Shown here piece by piece: positions 30,789 to 42,308 of a stretch of DNA of 64,000 bases. The stretch's first letter is position 1. The number at the start of each line of letters is the position of its first letter. Origin of the DNA: Naegleria gruberi (taxonomy: Eukaryota); assembly GCA_000004985.1 (NCBI GenBank), contig GG738854.1; one strand, written 5' to 3'. The notes under the pieces are model-generated. The model saw nothing but the letters and a program-made list of their open reading frames with translations, was not told the origin of the DNA and did no database searches. The translations under genes were made by a program, and so were the position numbers.

Positions 30789-31784
30789 ATGTCTCAACAA
30801 CAAACATTGCTTTTAACTGGATCAACTGGTACTATTGGTAAATTGCTCATTCAACAATTGCATTCCACCAAGCAAGAAGCACACTTGAAACTCAAACTTC
30901 TTGTCAGAAATGTTGAAAAAGCTAAGGAATTATTCGATGCATTGCAATCTGATTCGTTCCAATTAGAATATATTCAAGGTGATTTGCCAATCAATGACAA
31001 ATCAGTTAATACTGAGTTGTTATTTGATAAGGTTGAAAAGATTTTCATTTTGGCACCTGATGTTCCTCAAAAGGTAAACCTTGAAAAGTCAATTGTCGAG
31101 AAGGCATTACAATACACCAAAGCATCAAATGGTCAATTGAAACAAGTTGTTAAATTGAGTGCATTAGGTGTTAGTAGAGATAGAGAAACCAACAATTTGC
31201 TTCGTTGGCATGCAGATTCCGAATACGAAATTTTCCAAGCATTGAATCATTACAATGAGGTCAATTCTGACAATACTGTTTCGCATGTATTTATTAGACC
31301 TGGAATGTTTATGCAAAATATCTTGGGTGGTTACGAGCACTATTATTTGATGAATCATAATATGATTGTAAGACCTGATTTGAATACTAGACACTCTTAT
31401 ACTACCTCCTTTGTTGATGTTAGAGATTTAGTTAAGATTATTTCATTAGTTTTATTGGAAACTGATGTCACTAAATATGGTGATAAAACATTTACTATCA
31501 CTGGACCATCAACAACCACCAATCAAGAATTTGTTGAAATTGTCAGTAAGGTATTGAAAAGAGATATCCATTATGAGAAAGTTTCTGAATTTACTTTTAT
31601 GAATATGTTGAAAGAAATGCAAATTCCAAATGACTATATTTGGATGTTGATAAAATTATATCAAACTGGTAAAGAGAATGGAGCCGCAAGTATTATTTAT
31701 GAAGATTTTGAAAATATTACTGGAACTTCGCCAACAACTTTTGAACAATTTTTATTGGATCATTTGAGCTATTTTAATCAATAA
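30789..31784 (+). CDS. NmrA-like family NAD(P)-binding Rossmann-fold protein (atypical SDR), 331 aa
   Basis: N-terminal GxxGxxG motif LLLTGSTGTIGKLLIQQL. Overall NmrA/HSCARG-like length and block order (…VKLSALGV…, …FIRPGMFMQN…, …TFTITGP…). Intronless. Confidence 0.6.
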   Translation: MSQQQTLLLTGSTGTIGKLLIQQLHSTKQEAHLKLKLLVRNVEKAKELFDALQSDSFQLEYIQGDLPINDKSVNTELLFDKVEKIFILAPDVPQKVNLEKSIVEKALQYTKASNGQLKQVVKLSALGVSRDRETNNLLRWHADSEYEIFQALNHYNEVNSDNTVSHVFIRPGMFMQNILGGYEHYYLMNHNMIVRPDLNTRHSYTTSFVDVRDLVKIISLVLLETDVTKYGDKTFTITGPSTTTNQEFVEIVSKVLKRDIHYEKVSEFTFMNMLKEMQIPNDYIWMLIKLYQTGKENGAASIIYEDFENITGTSPTTFEQFLLDHLSYFNQ

Positions 31785-32072
31785 TTACAAATTTGGAGCA
31801 TGGTTTTTATAAATTGTAATAAATATTATTATTTTATATGAAATATCAACTGATAAAGTGTTATTTCTTAAAAACTATTAAAACTATAAAAATGGAAATC
31901 TACGATAATAGTCAATTTCCATAAATAGAAATGGAGTTTCTTAATTTTGTGGTTCCACCATAATTATTCACCTACATAGCAGAATAAACACCTCATGTGT
32001 TGATTTTTCTAATAAAAAATTAAACAATCTTTAAAATTAGTCTCCTCAACCGATTTTTAATTTCTAATAAAA

Positions 32073-33812
32073 ATGGCAAGAGTAAATGATTATTATTCGA
32101 TGGATTGTTCTCCAGAATTTGAAATTAGCAATCATTTGAATTCTTCCTCACAGAAATGTACAACTTTCCACTCATCAACTAATCAAATTCTACCAGATGA
32201 AATTATTCAATATCAAATAATACCATTTCTTGATGTGGAAACTTTGTGTTGTAAATTTAGTTTACTTTCTTCACATTTATATAAATTGGCTGAAGACAAT
32301 TTGTTGTGGAGAGAAAGATTTTTCAATACTCTGCCAAGTTCTCAATTAGAATTCTTTCAGAACAATCCACTTTATTGGAAACAGTGCTATAATTCAAAAT
32401 CAACAAGAAACTACTTTCTCTCACTTTCTCCAACACTTCACGAAAGAATTTATCCTTCTCTTGATGCTTTCAGTGTCAATTTCAAAGATTTGTACAGAAC
32501 AACATTTGTTGAGGGCCGTTTAGAAGGAAATCGACTGCTCAACTCTGGTAATTATAAGAGAGATCAATTCTCACACCACATTACTTATTATTATCTGATT
32601 GACATTGCTCAGAATTTGAAATTGACAAATGAAGAACTTCGATTGGTTGACAAGGTTTTCGATCAATCAGTTTCTCCAACCATTGAATTTTTCAGAGGAA
32701 GAACAAGAGAGAAGGGTGCTCTAAATGATGATGAAACTCGTGAATATTATGGAGTATTTGGTATTGTAATTGGCATCTATTTTGTAATGTATCAGGAATG
32801 GATGTCCAATGATTTGAGAGCTCATGTCATTGGTAGAAAATTAACACATCGAGTGAAGGAAGTTTCCAGACATGGAGATGAAATACAGAGAGAGGGTGCG
32901 AGTGTTGAATTGAGAACTCATGATTCTGCATTCGATTACAAATACTTTTACAATGAAAAGTTGACATCCACTCCAAAAAATAATGATGATTTTGAACTCT
33001 CGAAATTTGTAAATGGTGATGAGAGTTCTTATCCACAATACTTGTATTTGAATCAATCCACAGAAGATAAATGGGATCAGAGAAGTAAGAGTCAACCAGT
33101 GAGCCTTACTATTCATGGAGTTTGGAGTGATAATAAGGAAAGATGTGGTTTGTTCACAAGTGAAAATATTGATTGGTCAACCAGTGTTTTCGATTTGGCA
33201 ACCCTAGGCAGTAAATTACATGATGTCAATTATAGAAGAGTGTACAGTGTTGATAATGAAGTTAAAATATTCTCCAAGTTGACTGCATTCAAGTATTGGA
33301 AGATGACAACACATATCAAAATAGACGCCACTCTCTCCAATTTCCAATCGACAGAATATAATGTCTCATTTGATTGTGATGCGTATGTGAGAGGAGAGGC
33401 AGCTGTTGCTATTCACCATAGTCAAAGTGGACCTTCATCCTATTCACATCAACATCATACTCATTATCAAATTGTTGGTAATGCAGTGGACAGTTACTTT
33501 TCATTCAATTTACTCAATCGAGGAGAACACATGTTCTTGGCATGGTGTATGTTTGATGATATGAAGAATGAATCCAAATTGAAGAGCGAACAAGCAATCA
33601 GAACTAAAGTTATTACTCCAAAAGAAGCTCCAATCACACCTGAAAAGGTATTGAGTGAGGAGAGAAGAAAGATGGTCCTATCATCAGACAAGTGTGGAAT
33701 GTTTCCAACCATGGACCAATTCAAACTTTCAGGAATATTGGTAGATCGTGATGGAGTGAAGGGATATGTTGAGCTAGAGCCAAGAATTCACCTCAAACAA
33801 CAACAGCAATAA
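32073..33812 (+). CDS. F-box protein (579 aa) with N-terminal F-box LPDEIIQYQIIPFLDVETLCCKFSLLSSHLYKLAEDNLLWRERFF
   Basis: Single ORF. Classic F-box consensus at residues about 40-85. C-terminal region has no recognised motif. Confidence 0.55.
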   Translation: MARVNDYYSMDCSPEFEISNHLNSSSQKCTTFHSSTNQILPDEIIQYQIIPFLDVETLCCKFSLLSSHLYKLAEDNLLWRERFFNTLPSSQLEFFQNNPLYWKQCYNSKSTRNYFLSLSPTLHERIYPSLDAFSVNFKDLYRTTFVEGRLEGNRLLNSGNYKRDQFSHHITYYYLIDIAQNLKLTNEELRLVDKVFDQSVSPTIEFFRGRTREKGALNDDETREYYGVFGIVIGIYFVMYQEWMSNDLRAHVIGRKLTHRVKEVSRHGDEIQREGASVELRTHDSAFDYKYFYNEKLTSTPKNNDDFELSKFVNGDESSYPQYLYLNQSTEDKWDQRSKSQPVSLTIHGVWSDNKERCGLFTSENIDWSTSVFDLATLGSKLHDVNYRRVYSVDNEVKIFSKLTAFKYWKMTTHIKIDATLSNFQSTEYNVSFDCDAYVRGEAAVAIHHSQSGPSSYSHQHHTHYQIVGNAVDSYFSFNLLNRGEHMFLAWCMFDDMKNESKLKSEQAIRTKVITPKEAPITPEKVLSEERRKMVLSSDKCGMFPTMDQFKLSGILVDRDGVKGYVELEPRIHLKQQQQ

Positions 33813-33927
33813 ATTTCAAAAATAAATTTCAATATCTTTCAAAATTATCCACACATTCAAAAAGTTTCATATTTCAATTTAAAAATAATTTAGTTGGCAA
33901 AATTTTGCAGCATTATTACAAATGAAC

Positions 33928-34924
33928 TTATTGTTCTCTCTTTCTTAATTCTTCTTCATCCTCAGTTTCTTCACTAATCAATTTTTGAATATCAAATGTG
34001 TACTCAGCAGAACCACTTCCGAATCCCTTAACTAACATGTTCTTTTCAATGTATTTATCAAAAGTTTCAGAAATTTCCTTATCGTTACCCTTGAGCATGA
34101 CGTACTTTTCAACAGTTTCCTTGGCCAAGAATGGCTTGACGAAAGCCCAGATCATTGAAATAGTCCAACCAGCATTGAGAACCATAGTACGAGCCAATCT
34201 TTCAGTGTAATAATTACCCAATTGCACGAATCTAAATTCAATAATTGTAAATTACATTCAATAATAATACTAAATACATACGTATCCTTCATTTCCTTGA
34301 CCAAACCCATTGAGAGTGATGAGTCCTTCAAGTCAACCAACCAAACAATATTGTTAACACCTTCTGGCATTCTCTTGATGCACTTTTCCATCATGTAGAC
34401 GAAGAGTTTGAACTTCATCTTCTTATTTTCTTCAGTATTGTCAGCAGTGTCCTTACCCAAGAGACAGTAGATAATTGGACGACCAGACTATTTTTCATCA
34501 TCATCAAATTAAAATCCATAAAGTAAAAAGCTATTTCTACTATTACAACTACTATTATACTAACCTTATCATAACCATAATGGTAGAGGAATCCTTGCTT
34601 GGCAATTGGTTCAAGATCCTTCAATCTAATATCTTGTGGACGGAATGAAGCTCTCCAATCCATAGTTTCCTTCAATTGCTTGGAGGCAACTTCCATATTC
34701 CATTGCAAACCAGAAAGATAACGGAAGAGACACATGTCATCAAGGAAGGCCTTTTGTTCTTCATCCAAATTCCAAGTTTCACTAATCTTACGAAGGTCTT
34801 CCATGAGCTTCTTTTGTTCATCAGTGAGTTTAGAGAGTGGTGAAACAACAGAAGATCTAACTTCTTCAGCTAATTTACCATAGGTTTCATCTCTTCCGGA
34901 AGGTAAGAAACTGTCTCTGACCAT
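33928..34924 (-). CDS. Sec14-like / CRAL-TRIO lipid-transfer protein, 289 aa. Three exons: 34924..34565, 34487..34282, 34231..33928. Introns are 77 nt (GTTAAGT...AATAG) and 50 nt (GTATGT...TTTAG)
   Basis: Exon 1: CRAL_TRIO_N (DEQKKLMEDLRKISETWNLDEEQKAFLDDMCLFRYLSGLQWNMEVA) ...GFLYHYGYDK. Exon 2: SGRPIIYCLLGK...FKLFVYMMEKCIKRMPEGVNNIVWLVDLKDSSLSMGLVKEMKD. Exon 3: TFVQLGNYYTERLARTMVLNAGWTISMIWAFVKPFLAKETVEKYVMLKG... This matches the Sec14 YYPERLGK...NAPW...KPFLD signature. Phases are consistent (0, 2). Confidence 0.75.
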
Positions 34925-36205
34925 TTTGATTTCTACATGAATATAATCAATATTTAAATTATTATATAACAATATATTTTCATCAAATCACATAAATTAT
35001 ACAACAAAATCAAAAACGGATAATTATTATGATGAGTAAATCATATTGATTTAAATGATCCAAAAATCACACAAGTTATAATCACCACCATTGATGCAAA
35101 TCACCATCATCAACACGTCAATCAACAATATGGAATAACAATAATTAGCCTTTGGAAAATTCCATCACACAAAAAACATACAAGTTGAGGAGAAGGTTTA
35201 AGAATTTGAGTTTTTTTTAAAAATCTAATTTGTGTGCTGGATGATGAAAGTAGATATTGCTGATGAACCAAAGGGCAGAATGCAAATAAAAGGTGAGAAT
35301 CATCATCCTAACGGTAATGTTCTTGATGAGTTTGGTGGAGGTATGGATTATTATCTTGTTTCCAAAGCGATAACTGTCATTAATATGAAATATTGTTACT
35401 TGGTGAATAAATATGTAGAAATAGTCGGCTTTGATGACCGTTACGCACTATTCCCGCTCATTAAATTTATTAATTTAAAAAAAAGTCTTTAAAGATTCTT
35501 GAATTACCTCTTGATAATCGGGTTCTTGTATCAAATCAATTGAATAATAATAATTTTATGTAGATTAAACTATTGTGCTGAACTCGAAAAGATTGTAAGC
35601 ATCAATGCATATATCTTTTGAGTTTGGAATTTCTTGCTTGTACAGAATGCCAAGCAGTGTCGATGGTTAGATTGGAAATTAGAAACAACAAAGGCAACAA
35701 CATGGATTGTCTTTTAAGTGTCGCATGTTTAATAGTAGATCCACTGTGCGCTTACTGAAAGTTGTTGTTAGTAAGATCCTCAAAGGGATGATAAACTCCA
35801 CTCACGAATGTTGCCTCTTAATTTCCAAAAGGCCCAATTCATTTCGAAAAGGAAACAACCTGTAGAGGCTTTTAACTTGTAGTACCAAGTTCAGTGAGCC
35901 AATGAAGAAAGAAACAAAGCAAGGACCTCTTTCAGTCAATAGTTTATCTTTGGATCACAATTTAATGTTGTCTTTCATTGAATACTGTTGTGATATGTTA
36001 ATGTTTGTTTGTATTTAACACATGAATGGCTAGATTAATTTATTTCGTGCATACAACTGATGTCTAAAACATTTTTGTTTGGAGTTGTCATGGCATCTAA
36101 CTCTTGATTGTGAAATACCCCATAATTGTAAGGTTTAATTCTCATTCGGACAACCCAAAATTCGAGGGACCAAAACACAATTCAAACGAAAACAAAAACA
36201 ACAAA

Positions 36206-39200
36206 ATGGTGCACCAAACTGAGTCGTCACCACTTTCCCATGGTGTTGAATCAGAAAGCTGCCGAAAGTCATCTGCGCATCACGGATTAACAACAAGAAC
36301 TCTTCCTCTCATAACGATCCTTCTATTCATTGGATATTGTTGGGTTTTTGTATCATCTTTAACTTTTTTATGGAATCACTCAACTACTAGTAATTACACA
36401 CGCAATTCGCCCAGTTTCGTCTTCATTGAAGCTGCTAATATTTGTTACACAATTTCAAGTACTGATCCAACCGTTTGCTCTGGTAATGGCACATGTATTG
36501 CTTTGAATACTTGTCAATGTTATCCAGGCTATTCAGGTAAGTTTACTTTCGAATTAACGTTGTGATAATCATTTCGTAGGAAATAAATGTACAACACTAA
36601 TAACATGTAATAACCTTGGAGTTAATGATACACAGGTTTGTTCGGGGCACGGTGTTTGTATCGCCAAAAACAATTGTACATGTACAGATGGATATTCAGG
36701 AGCTAGATGTCAAACCGCCATGCAATGTTATGGAATTGACTTTACCAACACGACCTATGTCTGTAACGGTAATGGTAATTGCACTGCTGCCAACAACTGC
36801 ACCTGTAAAGATGGATTTTCAGGTACCAGATGTCAAACAATCAGACAATGTAGTAACATTGATTTTAATGATCCAACAGTTTGTTCTGGCAAAGGATCTT
36901 GTGTTTCGAATAATAATTGTGAATGTCTAACTGGTTATACAGGTAGTCAATGCCAAAATGTCATGAAATGTTACACAATCCCATTTAATGATCCAAGCGT
37001 TTGTTCTGGAAAAGGTCAATGCATTGCTTCGAATAATTGTTCATGTATTCAAGGATTTTCTGGGACTAAATGTCAGAATGATGATTCTATATTTACGTGT
37101 TTTGGTTTTAACTCGACTAACCCTTTGGTTTGTTCTGGAAATGGAAATTGTACATCGAATGGAAATTGTACATGTAAAGAGGGATTTTCTGGGACTAAAT
37201 GTCAAAATGATGACAGCTACTTTACTTGTTATGATATTGATCCATCAAATACAACCTATGTCTGTAATGGAAATGGAAATTGCACAGCTCAAAATAATTG
37301 CACTTGTAAGGAAGGATATTCAGGAACCAGATGTCAAAACGCCATGCAATGTTATGGAATTGACTTTACCAACACGACCTATGTCTGTAACGGTAATGGT
37401 AATTGCACAGCTGCCAACAACTGCACCTGTAAAGATGGATTTTCAGGTACCAGATGTCAAACTAACAATAATTTAATTACATGTGGTGGACTACTTCCAA
37501 TTGATCCACAAGTTTGTTCTGGAAATGGAAATTGCACTGCCAAAAATAATTGTGATTGCCTTTATGGATACGTTGGTAATCAATGTGCTGATTTACTTCA
37601 ATGCTTTACAATTAATTACAGTGAAAGTTCTGTTTGTTCTGGAAATGGAATTTGCATTGAAAAAAACAACTGCTCCTGCTTTGATGGATATACAGGAAAC
37701 AAATGTCAGACATCAATTCTTCATACATGTTATGGATTAAATGAAACTGATCCACTGATATGCTCTGGAAATGGACAATGTGTTCAGAACAATAATTGCT
37801 CATGTATTTATGGATATAGTGGAAATCAATGTCAAAAAGTGTTGAAATGTCACACCATTACATTCAATGATCCATTGGTATGTTCTGGAAATGGAAATTG
37901 TTCGTTGGATGGAAATTGTACTTGTAAACAAGGTTTCAGTGGTAACAAGTGTCAAAATGATGATTCAGTTTTCTCATGTTACGGTTTTAATTCGACAGAT
38001 CCATTGGTTTGTTCTGGAAATGGTAATTGTACTGCTGACAATCAGTGCAATTGTACAGATGGCTTTAGTGGAAATAAGTGTCAGAATAATGATAATTTAT
38101 TCACATGTAATGGAATTGATTCGAATAATGCAACTGTTTGTAGTGGAAATGGAATTTGTATTTCACAGAATAATTGTTCTTGTTTTTCTGGATTTTCTGG
38201 AAACAGGTGCCAAAAGGATGACAATTTTTTCACTTGTTTTGGTATTGACCTATCAAATTCCACAGTTTGTAATGGAAATGGTATTTGCGTTTCACAAAAC
38301 AATTGCACCTGCTTTAGTGGCTATTCAGGAAACAAATGTCAAAATAATGACATGATTATCAGATGTTACGGAATTGAGTCTACTGATAGCTCAGTATGTT
38401 CTGGTCGTGGTAATTGCACCTTTGATAATACTTGTAAATGCAAAGATGGATTCAGTGGAAGTCAATGTCAAAATGATGATAATATTCTCAAATGTTATGG
38501 AGTTGAGTTCAACAGTCCATTTGTTTGCTCTGGAAATGGAAATTGTTCTTCATTTGGTAATTGCTCATGTTTTGAGGGATTTTCAGGGAAAAAATGTGAA
38601 TTTGATTTGAATTCCAATGAGACAGCATCATCTAATTATACATGTTATGGTATTAATGGTGGATTATCTACTGTTTGTTCAGGAAATGGAAATTGCATTG
38701 CAGATAATGTTTGCGAATGTTTCTATGGATTTGATGGGTCTCAGTGTCAGAAAACACTTCAATGTTATGGAATTGATTACAATAATCCAAGCGTATGTTC
38801 AGGCAATGGTATTTGTAATTCAAGAAACTCTTGTTCATGTTATGAAAATTACGTTGACACCAAATGTCAAACGTACAGAGATCCAAACGCCACCTCATTC
38901 AAATGTTATGGTGTTCAATCGAATGATTCAAGTGTTTGTTCTGGCAGAGGAAACTGCACAGCAGATAATTTCTGTGAATGTCAAACAGGCTTTAAAGGTT
39001 CCAAATGTCAAAATTTGGTCAACTATTGCTTTGGCATTGATGAATATTCCAACAATGTTTGTTCAGGAAATGGAAAATGCACAAGTCAAGATACATGTGA
39101 ATGCTCTTCCAATTATTTTGGAAACGATTGTGGTGTTTACATTCTTCCAGAAACAAGTACAATCAAGATTCTTTCCAAATATTTGTATTTGATTGATAGT

Positions 39201-42008
39201 GCAACAGAGAATAATGTGATAACAGTTAGATCACAAAGATTGGTTAATAATTATAAGGGAATGGAAAGTAGATTGAAAAGCGTGTTGATTTTGTCAACTG
39301 AGCTAGTCAATTATGAATTTTCCCAAATTGGGCTTTTTGACAAGTTACAATTGTTTTCAAATATGACTGTTGGTGAATATACAGCAAATTTGACGATTGT
39401 AGATACTGGTTACAATATTGTTGTTGGACAATCTATTGTAAAGTCACTATTTAATGTTATGACTCTCCAACAATTGAGTCAACCTGAAATTCTTTCAAAA
39501 TTAACACCTAAGGAAATTAATCAAATTACAAGAGAATTGAAAAGAATATCAAATGACCAACAAGTTGTCTCCAATATAGTTTCGAATTTCAAGGATAATG
39601 TCAATAACTATACTTTGGATGATGGTTTGGATTTGACATCTTCTTTATTAGATTTGTCAATAACTAAATTAGAATCTAAAGAAAAGATAACTATTTCAGA
39701 AACATTAACTTCTTTCACGCAGAATTTAATTGAAAGCTCGTCAAATTTCACTTCAGAACAAGTGACACCTATTGCCATCAATATTGTGTCTGTGGCTTCA
39801 AATATTCTCGACAATTCTGGCGATAATTCAGCTGGTAAATCGCAAATAATTGGAAAGTCAATCGAATCTATTGAAAAAACTATTTCTTTAATTTCAGTTG
39901 TAAACTCGACAGAAAATTTATTGATTACAACTTCAAAGATTATGGTTTTGCTAATTTCCAAGGCAGAATATAAGAATTCACACGTGATCGATAAGGATTA
40001 TTCTTTATCTCTTCCAGAACTCGATTTTGGATTTTCGTTTGGTTTAGTCAAGTATGAAAATTATTTGACAGATGACTTACAGAATACTACAGCTATTTCA
40101 GATATTCTACAAGTGAGACCATTATCAAATGGAGTATTCACACCACTCCGTAATCTTTTAACTCCATTCAACTTGACCTTCTCTATTAAGAAATACGAAA
40201 CCCCAAATAATGAAACAATCGCAACTGTTGTTTGTAAATATTGGAATGAAACAAGAAGTGAATGGTTGAAGGACGGCTGTGTAACTACAATATTATCAGA
40301 AACTCAAGTAATGTGTTCTTGCTATCACACAACCAAGTTTTCTTCATTTGTAGATTATTCGAATATTGACTTTACAACAAGAACAGCTCAATCTTCACTT
40401 GCAGTTGCTAATATTATATTTAGTTCTATATTCATTGTAATCATTATTGTAATTCTCATTCTATTAGTGGTGTTTAGAAAATCTCAACCTGTCAAATCAA
40501 GACACGTGACTCCTTACCTTGCATTGACATCCTTACTCATTGAAAACTTAGTTTCTGGAATAATTTCTAAAGGACTTTTACTTGACAAGTACAATTTCAA
40601 TATAACCATCATGACAAGCGTCTGTGCAGTCATTTCTACTGCTTTATTGACAAGCGCAGTTTGGTGTTATTTCGTCATGTCTGTTCGATTCATTATTCAT
40701 AGATATTTCTATGAATACATGATGAGAATAGTAGAAAATAGACAGCAGAAGAATAATCTATTAATCAAGATTTTGAATATTTTCAAGCAAGATAAGGTTT
40801 TGATCTTGTCAAGTGTCATGCTTGCTGTTGGATTTATTTTATATTTTGCTATTTTTGTAATTTTGAGAGGAGTTTCTGTATTTTCTGATTCACAATTTAC
40901 CTATTCAACTACTATTTCATTATTTATTTTTTTACTTTCAATGACAGCAATGATTTTTGGCATTTATATTTTAGATTTTTATTTGGATTGCACTAACAAG
41001 CAATTAAGAGATGAATTGGTTGATATTTCAGATGAAATAATGTTAGTAGAAAGTGGAGACTCCCACCTAAGCAATTTGAATTCCAGAAAATCACTCAAGA
41101 TTACAAAACCATTTATTGAGCTATTGGAACAATCTCAAGTGAAAAAGATTGTGAGCTTGTTTTATTCGAATGACAAGCTCATGTTTAGACCAGAGGCAGT
41201 TTTCTTCATGACTGGTATGCTCTTCTTTACAGTTTCGTACTGTTTAGGATTTGCAAGCGTCAATGATCGTTACTTAATCAACCCTTCAGCTGCCATAACT
41301 CAACATGTTGATGTGTTAGATGCCATATCATTCCTCTTTGACATTCTCATGACTATTTGTTTTATCATTAGTTTCGGTGGTTTCTCCGTTTGTTGGGCCA
41401 TTGTAATTGAATCCAGAAAGAAGAATTGTTTCGTTGAATCTAAACAAGTTGTTATTAAGGAACGAATTAAGTCTCAAAGATTGGAAAATCTTGCAGATAT
41501 GACCGACAAGTTTGATATTTACAAACTCATGAAAAACAAGTATTTGCTTAGATTATTCCGTCAATATTCGAAACTGGAAATGTCATTAGAAAATTATGTA
41601 ATTTGGATGAGAATTGAACATGCCAAGTCTAAATTTGCTAAATTATGGATAGAAATGGAAGGAGAACCAGAATCGATTGAGGAATGGAATTTATTGTTAC
41701 AAGAATTGGAGGAATGGTTGACAGAGCATATTTCATCAGAAGCTGAGCTATCTCTCAATGTCAGTGCTCGTTCAAAGAAGCAGTTTGTGACAGCAGTGAG
41801 AGTATTGGAAACTAAGGTTGCAAGTATTCCATCAAAGAATAGAGATTCTTTATTGAATTTGAAACAAACTGTCAGAGATGCTATTGAATCATTGACCACT
41901 GATGTTTTATATAATTTGATGGACACTTATTCAAGATTTATCATTACTAATGAATACAAAGCCATGAAGGAAGTAGAAGCAGTTACAGAAATGACAACTT
42001 TCAAATAA
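36206..42008 (+). CDS. adhesion-GPCR-like receptor (about 1919 aa): signal/anchor, about 35 tandem Dictyostelium/tenascin-type EGF repeats, spacer, GPS-like motif, seven TM helices, cytoplasmic tail. Two exons: 36206..36536 and 36580..42008, with a 43-nt intron (GTAAGT...CGTAG)
   Basis: ATG at 36206 (MVHQTESS...), followed by hydrophobic LPLITILLFIGYCWVFV. EGF unit C-x(8-12)-C-[SN]-G-x-G-x-C-x(4-5)-C-x-C-x-x-G-[FY]-x-G-x-x-C repeated about 35 times. GPS-like CKYWNETRSEWLKDGCVTTILSETQVMCSCYHTTKFSSF. Seven hydrophobic helices between about 40380 and 41400. Exon 1 ends ...CYPGYSG in phase 1 and joins to KCTTLITCNNLGVNDTQVCSGHGVC... Confidence 0.75.
36705..36838. repeat. intragenic near-identical duplication (about 134 bp, 2 mismatches) of one EGF-repeat unit; second copy at 37329..37462
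   Basis: AGATGTCAAA[C/A]CGCCATGCAATGTTATGGAATTGACTTTACCAACACGACCTATGTCTGTAACGGTAATGGTAATTGCAC[T/A]GCTGCCAACAACTGCACCTGTAAAGATGGATTTTCAGGTACCAGATGTCAAAC occurs twice, about 620 bp apart. It encodes AMQCYGIDFTNTTYVCNGNGNCTAANNCTCKDGFSGTRCQT in both copies. Confidence 0.85.
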
Positions 42009-42308
42009 CATTTTAAATAGCTGATTGTGAATAGTGATAACTAGTGTTAATATTTTATTGAATGAAAATTTCTGGTAGATTTAGTTTACAGTAACCATTG
42101 TATTACACAGATATTTACAGTTCATTGTAATTTAGGATATCCTCTTTAAATGTTTCGAATAGCTTTAATAATGACAGATGTTTTCCATCAACACAATTTT
42201 TTGTTTTTCGTAGAACACATTTATACACCAACTCGTCAAGTCACTCATTTCGAATTAGGAATTCATCATTTCCATCAGCACAACAGAAACTTAAAAACAC
42301 AAAAAAAA

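Noticed and set aside
36616-39192. Eight alternate-frame ORFs of 75-190 aa (for example 36988..37476, 37867..38355, 38617..39192) inside the EGF-repeat region
   Set aside because: They are out-of-frame readings of the repetitive EGF-coding DNA (Met/Val/Ile-rich nonsense). The main frame encodes the cysteine-periodic EGF units, so these are not genes.
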